DNA of 64,000 bases from Octopus vulgaris (Eukaryota): contig OX597837.1 in assembly GCA_951406725.2 (NCBI GenBank), positions 21,514,001 through 21,578,000 of the forward strand. The letters are read 5' to 3'. How positions within the stretch are numbered: the first letter of the stretch is position 1; every line of letters begins with the position of its first letter. The position numbers were made by a program, and so were the translations under genes. Below are positions 1 to 14,143 of this stretch, piece after piece. The notes beneath the pieces were generated by a model. It saw nothing but the letters and a program-made list of their open reading frames with translations. It made no database searches and had not been told where the DNA came from.

Positions 1-449
1 GCTAAGCAATGGGAGGACAACCACAAAGATATGCACACTCTGCTTGTGTGTATATGTATGTCTTTTTTCTTTTACTTGTTTCTGTCATTGGACTGCGGCC
101 ATGCTTGAGCACCACCTTGAAGAGTCTTTAGTCCTACAAATTGACCCCAGATATTTTTTTCATTTTAAGCCTTACTCTTTTGGTCTCTTTTGCCGAACTG
201 CTAGGTTACAGGGACATAAACGGACAGCAGTTGTCAAGCAGTGGTGGTGGACAAACAAAGACACACAAATAAATAGATGTGTGTGACATGCTTCTTTCAG
301 TTTCCGTTTACCAAATCCACCCATAAAGCTTTTGTTGACCTGAGGCTATAGCAGAAGACACTTTTCCATAGTGCCACACAATGGGACTGAACCCAGAACC
401 ATATGGTTGGAAAACAAACTTCTTACCACTCAACCAATGGGATAGAAAT

Positions 450-1015
450 CGGAGACCCCTTTCAGTCATGAATGACCATGAGATTGCACCTAGAAAGTTA
501 CCCTCCGAGACACAAGTCCAGGCAAGGTTGTTTATGGAAGACCAGCAGTCACCCATGCATACCTATTTCTTTACTACCCACAAGGGGCTAGACACAGAGA
601 GGACAAACGGATTAAACTGATTATATCGACCCCAGTGCGTAACTGGTATTTATTTAATCGACCCCAAAAGGATGAAAGGCAAAGTCAACCTCAGCAGAAT
701 TTGAACTCAGAACATGGCGGCAGACGAAATACTATTGAGCATTTCGCCCGGCGTGCTAGCGTTTCTGCCAGCTCACTGCCTTATGTATGCAGTCACCCAT
801 GCGTACCGGCCTCCCCTCTCCACGCCACCAGTGTTATCCAAGGGAAAGGCAAAGGCCGATACAGCATCGCAACTCAATTCTACAGCTGAGTGAATTGGAG
901 CAACGTGAAATAAAGTGTTTTGCTCAAGAACACAACATGCAGCCCGGTCCGGGATTCAAACTCACAACATGATGGTCGTAAGTTCGATGCTCTAACCACT
1001 GAGCCATGCACCTTC
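450..1015 (-). mobile_element. tRNA-derived SINE with a nested second SINE (about 564-788)
   Basis: Head gaaggtgcatggctcagtggttagagc; related copies at about 18158-18395, 31687-31980 and 55189-55510. Confidence 0.7.
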
Positions 1016-1536
1016 ACAGGATAGAAATACCTTATTTGAAAAACAGGTAAGAGTTGGCAGCAAGTAGGGTATCTAGGTTTAGAACAGTGCTTCAATAAGT
1101 CTCATCCAAATCATCTTAGCATGGCAAATACTGGCTTAGAAACAATGATGAGGGTACTTTACTTTAACTATTCATACATTTATCTATAAATTTATTCTGC
1201 TACTTACACATCTGCAATTGTGACAGAGACAAATTGTTACTAATTAATTCTTTTACATTGACATTACTGTGTCAAATACAATGCTTATTCGCATTGCTTT
1301 GAAGTGATCATGTATTATCTTATAGCTTTGGGATTTCAATGATATGATTGTTTATTTTTAAAATAACATTGTAGAGTAGGTGTGAGAGTCTTGATCTGGC
1401 TGGTAGAATATTTGGACCAGATGACTGACACTCTGTCGATTATAACATTGATGGTTCCAGTTGACCCAGTCAACAGAACAGCCTGTTCGTTAAATTAACA
1501 TGCAAATGGCTGAGCACTTAACAGATACTCATACCC

Positions 1537-1764
1537 TTAACCCTTTCGTTACCAACCTGGCTGAAACCGCCTCTGGCTCTGAGTACAAATGTCTTGTTTT
1601 CATAAGGTTTGAATTAAAATCTTCCACCAAACCTTAGTCACACTTTATGTTCCTAACACCAGCTTAACGATAACGAAGTTATTTTACAAAATTCTTTGTT
1701 ATATCTAAAATAATTGAGAGAACCACAGAGCATCCCAAAATAAATACAGTAACGAAAGGGTTAA
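1537..1764. mobile_element. piggyBac-like MITE
   Basis: TTAA|CCCTTTCGTTAC ... GTAACGAAAGGG|TTAA; inserted into an older SINE. Confidence 0.85.
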
Positions 1765-1973
1765 CATAGTTTTCAGGGAGATTAAGCATGGCACAGAACG
1801 TGACAAGGCCAGCTCTTTGAATAGCAGAATTGTTTCTATGCTGTTTTTATGTTCTAAATTCAGATTCTGCCAGGGTCAATATAATGAGTACGAGTTGAGC
1901 ACCGAGGTCAATGTAATCAACTTAGCCCCTTCCCCAAAATTGCTGACTTTGTTCCAAAATTTCAGCCATTATT

Positions 1974-2317
1974 TCTATATATATAAACGGCAAAATGTCT
2001 GTGTGTGTCCTTTATACAAATCCACAATTTTTCAGTTAGATGGTTCGCACTTTCCATGGTCATTCAAAACCGTCCAAGGGTGGTCGTGCACATCTTTACA
2101 TTTCCCCAGTCACCCCGCAAAGCCATTAAAAAATCAATAGCAGTGACATTTTTGTGAATTTTCTATCCAAAACCCAATCAAAATGCCCGAAACATGATAT
2201 GCCAGTTAGCTGTATGTGATTGGTCAGAGATTTGGACAGTACTCGCGTGTATGTGCGCACGCACGCAGCTGTATCTGTATGCACTAGCACTCCGCCAACG
2301 CCAGGTCATAGTGCTAG
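1974..2317 (+). mobile_element. Non-autonomous Helitron-like element
   Basis: 5' TCTATATATATAAA, 3' CTAG|T, no TSD. Confidence 0.6.
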
Positions 2318-3514
2318 TTATTATTACTGTTATGGAATGACTGAATCACCAGTGCCCCAGATAGCATGATTTGCAGTGTTCTGTTTATTCAAGCTCTTTT
2401 ATATTCTTAATTCACATCCTACCAATGTTAATTGGTTAATTGGCATTTCACTCTCCTGGGGTTGATAGAGTAAAAGTACCAGTTAAGCGCTAAATTGATT
2501 TAAAACTACTAACGCTTCCCCCAAACTTCTGGCTTTGTGCCTATGTTAAAAACATTAGTATTGTTCTTCATTGACATTTAATGTCTCTTTATGCTGGCAT
2601 GGCTTTGATGGGTTTGCTGTACACACAAACATCTCACTCATTCATTTTACATCCATTTTTTCCATGCTAGAATGAGTTAGACACACACATAAGAAAGAAA
2701 GATGACAAAGGAAAAATGCTATTTGGAGCTTCATTAGCTTACAACTGTCTTTGCTATAAGATGCAGTGAACTCGTAGAAACAGCTGTAGGCCAATGGAGT
2801 TTATTCCTTTGTCATCTCTCTTTGCTTTTACCAATATATTCGTCTGATGCTTTGTTCTGAAATACACATATATTGAGTTCTACACTAGGCTATTAGCCTT
2901 GCAATGCCTAAATGAAATATACATACACACATACAATATATATATACACACACACATATATACACACACACATATATATATATATATACATATATCTACA
3001 TATACACACACACACACATATATGTGTATATACATATATAGTCTGTTAGGGTGTGGGCCTCATGATCATAAGATTGTGGTTTTGATTCCTGAACTAGGTG
3101 ACGCAATGTGTTCCTGCACAAAACACTTCATTTCATGTTGCCCTAGTCCACTCAGCTGGTGAAAATAAGTAATCCTACAATTAACTGGCATCCTGACCAA
3201 GAATTGGGGGGGATGTATACACCACAGAAACCAGGAACCCAGCTATATGAATCTATACGATTCCAGAAGGATATATATATATATATACAACAATAATATT
3301 AAGGAATGGCCTTGATAGGCTAACTCAAACCGCTAAATAGTAGCGGTTTGAGTTTGGCTGCTCGTTTTAGTGAGTCGAATGGCCTATCAAGGCCATTCCT
3401 TAATATTATTGTTGAATGTACATTATATAGTCTGTTGACTATTTTTTCTTTCTCACCAGACCGCTGGTGGCGAAAAAATTTCTCTTGAATTTTTTGCTAC
3501 CCTTATATTGATAA

Positions 3515-3550
<36 letters not shown>

Positions 3551-3590
3551 GCAATTATGTACATAAAAAAATATATGTATGAATTTTTTA

Positions 3591-3830
3591 TCATCATCAT
3601 CGTCGTTTAGCGTCCGTTTTCCATGCTAGCATGGGTTGGACGGTTCTACTGGGGTCTGTGAAGCCAGAAGAGGCTTCGTCAGACCCAGTCAAATCTGGCA
3701 GTGTTTCTATGGCTGGATGCCCTTCCTAACGCCAACCACTCCGTGAGTGTAGTGGGTGCTTTTTACGTGCCACCCGCACAGGTGCCAGACAGAGCTGGCA
3801 AACGGCCACGAACGGATGGTGCTTTTTATG
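3591..3830 (-). mobile_element. SINE-like repeat with (GAT)n tail and GGCGTTAGGAAGGGCATCCAG motif
   Basis: Many related copies, e.g. about 20723-21020, 28640-29252, 31988-32450, 37135-37535, 46091-46310, 47835-48066 and 52730-53200. Confidence 0.75.
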
Positions 3831-4253
3831 TATAAATATATAGATATTTATATTAATAAGTCCAACTTACACAGAGTAGAAATAACATCCCTTTAATTCT
3901 GCCATTTGTAAGTTGGACTAATTAACATAAAAATCTATATAGTTAAAAATTCATCTGAAAGTTTCCACCATTTCCTTTCTCCTGTTTTGCATGTATACAT
4001 ATTTCATATTTAATGCATTTAATTTGTTTATCCACATAATTGCCTCTACACCTGCTCAACTTGATCCCTCTTATAGCCTTTCTTTACCTTGTGGAATAAT
4101 CCCCTGTCGAGACATCAGAGTCCAAGTTTGAATCTTTTGAGCATTACTGTCTTCTATACAGAGAATCTCTGTGTGATTTAGAGTTCTTTCTCACCGCATG
4201 GCATCTTGAACTCCTGGTTGACAAAAGCCGTGGAAATGGATTTCAAATAGAAA

Positions 4254-4633
4254 GGCACAGGAGTGGCTGTGTGGTAAGTAGCTTGCTTACCATCCACATG
4301 GTTCCGGGTTCAGTCCCACTGCATGGCACCTTGGGCAAGTGTCTCCTACTATAGCCTCAGGTCGACCAAAGCCTTGTGAGTGGATTTGGTAGATGGAAAC
4401 TGAAAGAAGTCCGTCGTATATATGTATGTATGTATGTGTTTGTCTCCCCGACATCGCTTGACAATCGATGCTGGTGTGTTTAGGTCCCCATAACTTAGCG
4501 GTTCAGCAAAAAGGGAACGATAGAATAAGTACTAGGCTTACAAAGAATAAGTCCTGGGGGTCGATTTGCTCGACTAAAGGCGGTGCTCCAGCATGGCCGT
4601 AGTCACATGACTGAAAGCAGTAAAAGAGAAAAG
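4254..4633 (+). mobile_element. tRNA-derived SINE, most abundant family (TGGCTGTGTGGTAAG head, TTGGGCAAGT core, internal TA/TG microsatellite)
   Basis: A- and B-box-like head; many near-identical copies in the window. Confidence 0.85.
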
Positions 4634-5926
4634 ATATATTTGTGTGTGTGTGTATTTGCTTACATTCTGGGCTTCTCTGAAAATAGTTGAACTACAAGTG
4701 GTGACTTCAATTTCCTTCTGTCAACAAGTCATTCGTTGACTTAATGCTTTCTGAAATGTGTAGAGTAAAAAGATCCTTACTTGAAAACAAATTAAGATTA
4801 GCATTCAGCACTGTAAAACAATGCTTCGATAATATATTTATCTGACATGCTTTGGTGGAGAAATGGGCATAAAAAATGAACAAACATCAAGATATAGTCA
4901 TTGGTTTCTCCTGTTGCTGTAAGAAATATGATTGTCTGGTTGAGCTAGTTTTGTTTCTGAGTAGACCAGCAGCACATTATACTAATTACCTTTATCCAAG
5001 AACCCAAACGAGAGAGCATCTTCAAGGTGTGCTTGACCTGCTAGAAATTGTATCCAATTCCATATGTTATAATAAAAAAAATCTAATCTGGTTTCAAATC
5101 TGCTGATTAAATAGAAAAAACAACTTAAAACATTGAAAAAAAAACTTTTTATGTAAAGTGTCACAAAGTCGAAAACATTGAGAACTATTTTTGTAGACTT
5201 TTTTTTTTTTGATAAAGGATAGGGTGGCCATGGTCAGAATATTTTTCGTCATTGGTCTCGTCAGTTAGGATTGAACCAGGGTGAAACAACAATCAGCAAA
5301 TAGAGAAGTGAAGTATTTTACAAAATCCCTCTAAATTTTTCTTCGTTTTCAAAATCAATTGAAATACATGATGTAGGGTATTTCATTAGGAGTATGATCG
5401 TTAATGAGTTAAGTATTAACATGGGTTCACAGGTATGTGTGGATTATGCTAGGTGCAGGCATGGCTGTATGGTTAAAAAGTTTGTTTTGCAAGTTTAAGG
5501 TTCAGTCCTGCCTCACAGTACCTTTAGTAAACTTCTACTATGGTCTCAGGCAGACGACTGTCATGCAAGGGAATTTGGTAAATGGAAACTAGTGGAAGCC
5601 TTCATATGTGTGTGTGTGTGCATGCACAGAAGTATATGTCAGTGTTTTATTTTTTTCCATGCCCATCACTGCTTGAGCAAACTGGTACTGACGTTGACAT
5701 TATGATCACTCTGCTCTTTCAAAGACCTGTCGACTAAAGATATCTTTTACTTGAAAAATGGTAAGGGTTGGTGGCAGGAAGAGCATCCAGCTGTGAAGTC
5801 TTGTCACAAAAGGTCACCATCCAAATCCTTGTTAGCATGAGGGGAAAACAAAAAATCAATATTAGATGAAAGTAATCCCACATATGCAGAGATTCAATTA
5901 GTTGTAGCAAAATTGTCCCTGCTGAC

Positions 5927-7596
5927 ATCACATCATGATCCTATGTGCCATAACCATCAACAACCCCTTATCATCTTGCATTTGCAAGATTTTCCAGCTA
6001 ATAATCTACATGGCATGACTCCATATCAGATGCCGATGCGACTCATTTTCAGCTGAGTAGAATGAAGGAAAGAGAAAAATGCTGTCTAGTACAGGAACTG
6101 AACCCTCAATTTTACAATGTAGAATCCAACAGTTGAACCACAAGGCCAAATACCTCCACATCATTAGGTCTTATTTAACCCCAATGTTTTGTTTTCTTAT
6201 ATTTTCAAACTAAAACAAATTAGTAATATTTCATTTTGGGATTTGGTTTGCAAGATTCTTTATGTGAGTTCGTGTGTTGAAGCATATTCTGTTGTATCTG
6301 GGGAGAGTCATTCTCTTTTAGTGCCTTATTATTTAACACACTCACCGGTAAAATTTCCACTTATTTCTTATTTTTATTCTCTAAATAAAATAAAAATAAG
6401 AAATAAATGGAAATTTTACCGGTGAGTGTGTTAAATGATAAGGCACTAAAAGAGAATGACTCTCCCCACACACAACAAAAATAAGTAAATTTTAGATTGA
6501 TAATTTATTTCTTCAAAATAACTTGTTTAACCCTTTAGCATTCGGATTCCTCTGTTAAATATAATGCTTATTTATTCACATTGTTTAGAATTAATCATGC
6601 ATTATCTTGTAGCTATGAGAAACTGTTAATTTTTAGAATGTCATTGTAGGGTTGGTGTGAGAGGCCAGATCTGGCCTGTTTGAATATAAAGCAGAATATT
6701 TTGGCCAAATATGGGTAGTTCAAATGTTAAAGGGTTATACATCTACGTATTTTCTTTGAAGATCACATCATGATCCTATGTGCCATAACCATCAACAACC
6801 CCTTATCATCTTGCATTTGCAAGATTTTCCAGCTAATAATCTACATGGCATGACTCCATATCAGATGCCGATGCGACTCATTTTCAGCTGAGTAGAATGA
6901 AGGAAAGAGAAAAATGCTGTCTAGTACAGGAACTGAACCCTCAATTTTACAATGTAGAATCCAACAGTTGAACCACAAGGCCAAATACCTCCACATCATT
7001 AGGTCTTATTTAACCCCAATGTTTTGTTTTCTTATATTTTCAAACTAAAACAAATTAGTAATATTTCATTTTGGGATTTGGTTTGCAAGATTCTTTATGT
7101 GAGTTCGTGTGTTGAAGCATATTCTGTTGTATCTGGGGAGAGTCATTCTCTTTTAGTGCCTTATTATTTAACACACTCACCGGTAAAATTTCCACTTATT
7201 TCTTATTTTTATTCTCTAAATAAAATAAAAATAAGAAATAAATGGAAATTTTACCGGTGAGTGTGTTAAATGATAAGGCACTAAAAGAGAATGACTCTCC
7301 CCACACACAACAAAAATAAGTAAATTTTAGATTGATAATTTATTTCTTCAAAATAACTTGTTTAACCCTTTAGCATTCGGATTCCTCTGTTAAATATAAT
7401 GCTTATTTATTCACATTGTTTAGAATTAATCATGCATTATCTTGTAGCTATGAGAAACTGTTAATTTTTAGAATGTCATTGTAGGGTTGGTGTGAGAGGC
7501 CAGATCTGGCCAGTTTGAATATAAAGCAGAATATTTTGGCCAAATATGGGTAGTTCAAATGTTAAAGGGTTATACATCTACGTATTTTCTTTGAAG
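5927..7596. repeat. Direct tandem duplication, 2 x 835 bp
   Basis: 5927-6761 equals 6762-7596; identical ORFs at 6189 and 7024; I found one mismatch by eye (ggcctgttt vs ggccagttt). Confidence 0.95.
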
Positions 7597-10500
7597 CATA
7601 TTTTACTTTACTCCTGTTTTTGATTATTACATGTATGTATATGTGTCTATATATATATTCACATACACGGACATCTTAGGCAGCATCAGTTTTGAAAGAT
7701 TTATTTCCAGAAGCAAAATAATGTAATTTGAGGCATTTAAATACTTTTTTAAAAACTTCATCTACTATTTAGTAGACATGCCTTGTGCAGTTTTTAGTGA
7801 TTTTAGCTCGCTTGAGCATTGTACTAATGAGTAGCATCTGTACAGATGAAACAATATAATGAGAGGTGTCTACTTACTTTTAAGATGTCTATGTGTGTGC
7901 ATAATATATATATATATATGTCTTTGTATATGTTTGTGTTTTGTTATAAAAGGAGAGCAGCAGCCAAAACCAAATCATTCTCAGTTATCTGTATGTATAC
8001 CTAAATTGGACTACGTATCACTTTTTGTGTGTGTGTTTAAGGTTGGAGGTAGCACTTAATCCTTCCTTGCTTTTCAACTAGTAGCCTTTTCATATTGAAC
8101 TTCACTTTGGTATGGGGTGGGGGTATAATACAAGAGATGTTGGAATAAAGCTGTGGTCCAAATTCTATTATGGATCCTAGCTGTGATACTCTTGGGAGAA
8201 CTCAAACTCAGGATACCAGAACCTTTTTTTCTTTCCAACCATATTATATCTAGGATTACATTATCTAATGCCACTTACTGTTTTTTAAGACATGATGGTT
8301 TGATATCAGAAGCTTTAGCTGCTTTTTCTAGCTGATTGAACAACTAAATAGAAGCTCCCCTTGTTGGCTTCTTTACAATGGTTTGGACACTTGATTTTGT
8401 AGTACAGAGATAAATGGCTTCTTTCTGAAATTGCCAACATCTGATCATTTCTCCCATTTGCCAGTAGCCCACATGTATTATATCTTAGATATATAAAATA
8501 TCCCTAATTGTCCATTCCATTTCCAATAAACAATCTCTTGCTCAATCAGCATCATCTGGTTGGCTACCTTGCCTGGATCAATGCAACTCCTCCATGCCAG
8601 CTGCCCCTGATCGAGAGATGTGTTATAAACCTCTACCTTGGGTTTTAGTTACATTATTTTTTCACTAGCTGAAATATATCTTCTTTACACCTCACAACTA
8701 CAGTTGATAGTGGTTGTCTGGTAACTGAACTGGTTGATCCTGGCAGTTGACTGTTTGTTGTTTGTTCATTTTCTCAGCATCGAAGTGATATCAAATGATA
8801 TTAGTTCATCTGCCAAAACAGTTCACATCCACCATGCTGCAATCCATGAATTCAACCTACCCTAGCTCAGATGGTTACATGCTATTCATAACCCATAGTT
8901 AGGGCCCTAACAGGTGCTACTTCTCCAGGTCAGAGTAGACATGGCAACAATAGTAGTTAAAAGGCGGTTACACAATCCTTAAAATCCTGAAATCCCTGAA
9001 CAAGAGACCCACTACTGGCCGCAATTTAAATTCATGCTCAGAACATAAAAGTCTAAAAGCCAGCAACTGCTTCAATGGCCTACAAATACATAAAATTGGG
9101 GAAATTCTTAGAAAAGGACCAAGATCCAAAGAACACCTAAATGACCCAACTTCTGCTTCCAACTCCTGCTATAGAGTGTTGGATGAGTTACTTATAAAGA
9201 GTTGAAATCTGCAGTTAATTTTTATCTTATTTCTTCAGTTCAGCTGACAGGAATAGATAGCAAGACATTACCTGTGGTAGACTGTGACCCTATCCAGGAG
9301 ATAGATTTATCACTCATCTCTCACTATGGCACTGAAATAATAATACAGCAATTCTACTTCCTAACTATGGTACCCATTTACAGCTAGATGGACTGAGCTA
9401 AACAATCATTGACTTTTTATGGGGCATATTACAGCACACAAGAAAAAGAGAATGAGAAAATTTACACGATTGTTTGAACTGCTAGAAATAGCTGCCAAAT
9501 CTCCTTCAAATAAAATGTTACAAGGATACATTGGATGGTGTAGTCCCAGATAGTCTTTTTTAGTTTGTTTTTCTTTTAGCCAGACCATTTGCTGAGTCTC
9601 CAAGTGTGGTGGGTGGAAAGGAGGGAAGGAAGATGTTATCTTCCAACCGATAATTTGGCCTGAATGCTTACAACAGTGGGAATCTGCTAAAAGTACACAA
9701 CATCCCCAGTGGAGGTGTTGAATCAGGAAATGTATTCAATCCACCACTGAAGTCTAAACATGGGTCAAATGTCTTTAATCATCAGGTTGGTCAATGAAGG
9801 TGTGGCCATGGACCATTTCATGAACTCTAAGACTGATGAGAGGAAGTTAATACCCTGACAGGGGACCTAGGTTGAATACCTTTACTAGAGCTAACATCAC
9901 TAAGGGTTGAGTAATTAAGCTCTATAATAATCAACTGCATCAACTCTCAATACTTATTTTACCAAACCCAGAAGGACGAAAGATAAAATGGCCTCTTTGA
10001 GAAGATCATTGTTTTACATTCACTTTTCCTGTGCTAGTCTGGCTTGGGTGAGACTTAAAAGCAGCATTTTGTGGCTATTTATCCTTCCTACCACCAACGT
10101 TTGCCTGTTTTTCAAGACAGGTATTTTTATTCCTCTATCATACTCTTGCTTCTCAACACCTGGCATAAGCCACCTCACTCAATACTACACTCCACTCAGT
10201 CAAGGAGTCTTATCTTGTGAGCTACTTGATCACCTCACCAGTGCTGGTGACACAACAGCACCCAGTGCACTATGTAAAGTGGTTGGTGTTAGGAAGGGTA
10301 TCCAACCATAGAAACCAGGCTAAGACAGATGTTGGAGGTCAACACAGTCCTCTGCTTTATTGGATCCTTTCAGACTGTCGAACCCATGCCAGCATGGAAT
10401 GTGGAAGCTAAATGATGATCATCAACATTTTCACACATAGAAACTACCAAACAAGAGGATATACCATTTGCAGATGTGAACATGACATTGCTGTCACCAA

Positions 10501-11492
10501 AACAGTGTGTCAGTGTGAAGACTTGGGGAAATAAACACACACACACACAGAAAGACAGAGAGATACACCATGGGATTCAATATTTCACACCCAAGGCTTA
10601 GGTCAACCCAAAGTCATAGCAAAATACACTTACCCAAGGTGACACACAGTGTGATGGAACCTGAAACCATATGGTTACTAAGTGAATGTTATACCACACA
10701 GCCATACCTGCATCTAGTTGTATTTATATCTAAACAGTACAAGACATTTTATTCGGCATGCTACTATTTCTGCTAGTGTCAATATTTCTTTTTAATTTTG
10801 GTACAAGGCCAGCACTTTCAAAGGGTGTGGGAAGCTGATTACATCAGCCCCACTGCTCAATTGTTACCTTATTTTATTGACCCTGTAAAGATGAAAGACA
10901 ATGTCAATGTTGGGAGCACTGTTTGGGTGACAGCGATATTATGTTTGAATCTGCAAGCAATATATCCGCTTCTTTGGTAGTTTTTATGTGTCAAAATAAT
11001 CATCATCATCATTTAGCTTATTATTTCTTTATTGCCCACAAGGGACTAAACACAGAGGGGACAAAGAAGGACAGACCAAGGGATTAAGTTGATTACATCA
11101 ACTCCAGTACATAACTGGTACTTAATTTATCGACACCAAAAGGACGAAAGGCAAAGTTGATCTCAGAACGTAACGGCAGACGAAATACCTATTTCTTTAC
11201 TATCCACAAGGGGCTAAACACAGAGAGGACAAACAGATTAAATCAATTTCATCGACCCCAGTGCGTAACTGGTACTTATTTAATCGACCCTGAAAGGATG
11301 AAAAGCAAAGTTAACCTCAGCGGAATCAGAAATCAGAATGCAAAGACAGATGAAATGCCACTCAGCATTTTGCCCAAGGTGCTAACCATTCTGCCAGCTT
11401 GAAGAGCCAGAAAAAATTGCCTCTAGCTATTTGGTGCAATGGGCTAATGATTCTGCCAGTTTGCTGCCTTAATGCTTTCAAATTTTGCACAA

Positions 11493-11655
11493 GGCATAGG
11501 AGTCGCTGTGTGGTAAGTAGCTTGCCTACGAACTACATGGTTCCAGGTTCAGTCCCACTGTGTGGCACCTTGGGTAAATGTCTTCTTCTATAGCCTTGGG
11601 CCAACCAGAACCTTGTGAGTGGATTTGGTAGACGGAAACTGAAAGAAGCCTGTCG

Positions 11656-11690
<35 letters not shown>

Positions 11691-11904
11691 GTGTGTGTGT
11701 ATGTTTGTGTGTCTGTGTCCTCCCCAACATCGCTTGACAACCAATGCTGATGTGTTTACGTCCCCTTAACTTAGCAGTTCGGCAAAAGAGACCAATAGAA
11801 TATGTACTAGGCTTACAAAGAATAAGTTCTGGGGTTGATTTGCTCGACTAAAGGTGGTGCTCCAGCATGGCCGCAGTCATATGACTGAAACAAGTAAAAG
11901 AGTA
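11493..11904 (+). mobile_element. tRNA-derived SINE (same family as 4254)
   Basis: Full-length copy by sequence similarity. Confidence 0.85.
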
Positions 11905-13322
11905 AGGCCAGCAGTTTTAAAGGATAAAGGCAAGTTCATTACTTTAGCCCCTTTTCTTAACTAATGATTATTTTACTGACCTTGAAAAGTGAAGCTAAAC
12001 TCAGAATGCAAAAGAGCATTTTGCCTGGCACGGAAAAGATTATACCAGTCTTAATACCTGGTTTTTCTCCAAGAGCAGATAACTTTTTACTCACCTGAAC
12101 TGCCATTGAATCTTCTGACAAGAGATCAAAGCAGTAAAACACACCAAAGCTCGAGTTTTGCTTTGTGAAGCTTTCTTGTTATTGTTATTAGTAGTGGGGT
12201 TTAACCCCGGTCCAGTCCTGATCAGGTAAATCTATGATCAGCTGCATTCCAGTAATCTTTTATCTTTTACCTGTTTCAGTCATTAGCCTGGGGCTCCGCC
12301 TTGAAGAATTTTTAATTAAATGAATTGCCCCAATATTTTTCTTTTTTCTTCCTTTAAGCCTCATACTTATTCTATCGGTCACTTTTGCTGAATTGCTAAG
12401 TTACAGGGATATAAACACACCAACACTGGTTATCAAATGGTGGTGGGGAACAAACACACACACACATACGTATAATGGGCTGCTTTCAGTTTCTGTTTGC
12501 CCAAGGCTATGGTAGAAAACATTTGCCCAAGGTGCTGCGCAGTGGAACTGAACCCAGAACCACATCGTTGGGAAGCAAACTTTTTACCACACAGCCAAAC
12601 TTGGTCATCTTTTTGCATAGCCACAACTGCTTCCATATCTGCAAATGGTAAGGTATGATTTGACATATGGCTGCTATTTTTAGCAGGTTAAGTAATCAAA
12701 TAGAGACTCATATAGTAGCTAAAAATCTATATTAGTTGTTACTGTTTATACCCTGGTTAACTCTTTCCATGCAGACTTATGGTCAAAGACATTTCTAGCC
12801 ATGGCCATCCCACCTTTATACATATCCATTTATCCATTAGTTTATTATCCAATATGATCTTTTTCCGAAGATATTAAATATTGATTTGAGATTTAGTTAC
12901 TATTTCTAGCAAGTCTCGTAACCATGTACAGACCCCTACCCCATCACTACTATACTTGTTATTTTGTAGATATTTCAAATTGTTCTAAGCACCTTCTCTG
13001 TCTAATTTCCCCAACAATATCTCAATATATATATATGTATAATATATATATCTAAATGTAATTTCATATCTACATATACTTGGACTGTTTGGTGTTGGCT
13101 GCTATTCTTCAGAACATTGTGCCCTGTAACCTATCGTAAAGTGCATGCTTGCTGTTTTGTAGGGAACATGGGGGAAGAAACTTGAGGCTTCAGTGTAACT
13201 TGGTGAGCTGTTCTACTTTATATCTTTATTCCTCGCTTCATAACCATGCATGTGGAAGTTGAATTGTTTACTTGATAACAACACCCTGCATCTCCCATTT
13301 CATAAATGTATGGATGTGTGTG

Positions 13323-13360
<38 letters not shown>

Positions 13361-13365
<5 letters not shown>

Positions 13366-14143
13366 TGGCAGGGCTGGCCTGCTAGGTAGCCGGCCAGAAT
13401 GCTAGAAAAAGATCATCAACGATCAAACTACAAGGGAAAATTCTTTTTCTAGCATTCTGGCCGGCTACCTAGCAGGCCAACCCTGCCAATATACACATAT
13501 ATTTGAATTTTCTCTGACTCCTCAGATTTTTTGAATGCTGGACTACTGGTTTTAAATTGATATTAAAATTAATATTAATTTATCTCCCTCAATTTTTAAA
13601 TATTTAAATAAATACGTTCCCTAGTTGTAAGCATTACCCGCAGTGAATTATTCACTACAGCCCTTCGCTTCAGGAGTCTCTTAGCGCGCCAGAGCCAAGA
13701 CATTTGAAATTTATTCCCGATGTAATCAGTAAGACTAAGCACGTGTCTGTCTTGACACAGAGAGCTGGGGTTAGTCTTGCGGTTTGCATCTCGAGGACCG
13801 AATGTACTGAAGAAGTCACGGACACTTGAATTATGCAAGTAATTCTTTTGTTAAGACCGAAACCGAGGTATGCATTTAAGTCTGTTTTTTATTTAATTTT
13901 TCATATGTCCTGCCCGCCAAATTTGGTTCTGGTGTTCGCTGAATTCTTCCTCTAGAGAATTTTCCCTTGTAGTTTGATCGTTGATGATCTTTTTCTAGCA
14001 TTCTGGCCGGCTACCTAGCAGGCCAGCCCTGCCAATATACACATATATTTGAATTTTCTCTGACTCCTCAGATTTTTTGAATGCTGGACTACTGGTTTTA
14101 AATTGATATTAAAATTAATATTAATTTATCTCCCTCAATTTTT

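Noticed and set aside
8153-8335. ORF containing EPFFLSN, reminiscent of the missing REV3 block
   Set aside because: No suitable splice sites, the flanks do not match REV3, and it overlaps a degenerate repeat.
9825-9875. CTGATGA hammerhead-like start
   Set aside because: GACA instead of GAAA, and no convincing stems I or III.
11981-12114. Minus-strand splice-like signals (CAG|GTGAGT, AAG|GTCAGT) suggesting an antisense gene
   Set aside because: No recognisable peptide and no chain of compatible exons; such signals are expected by chance.
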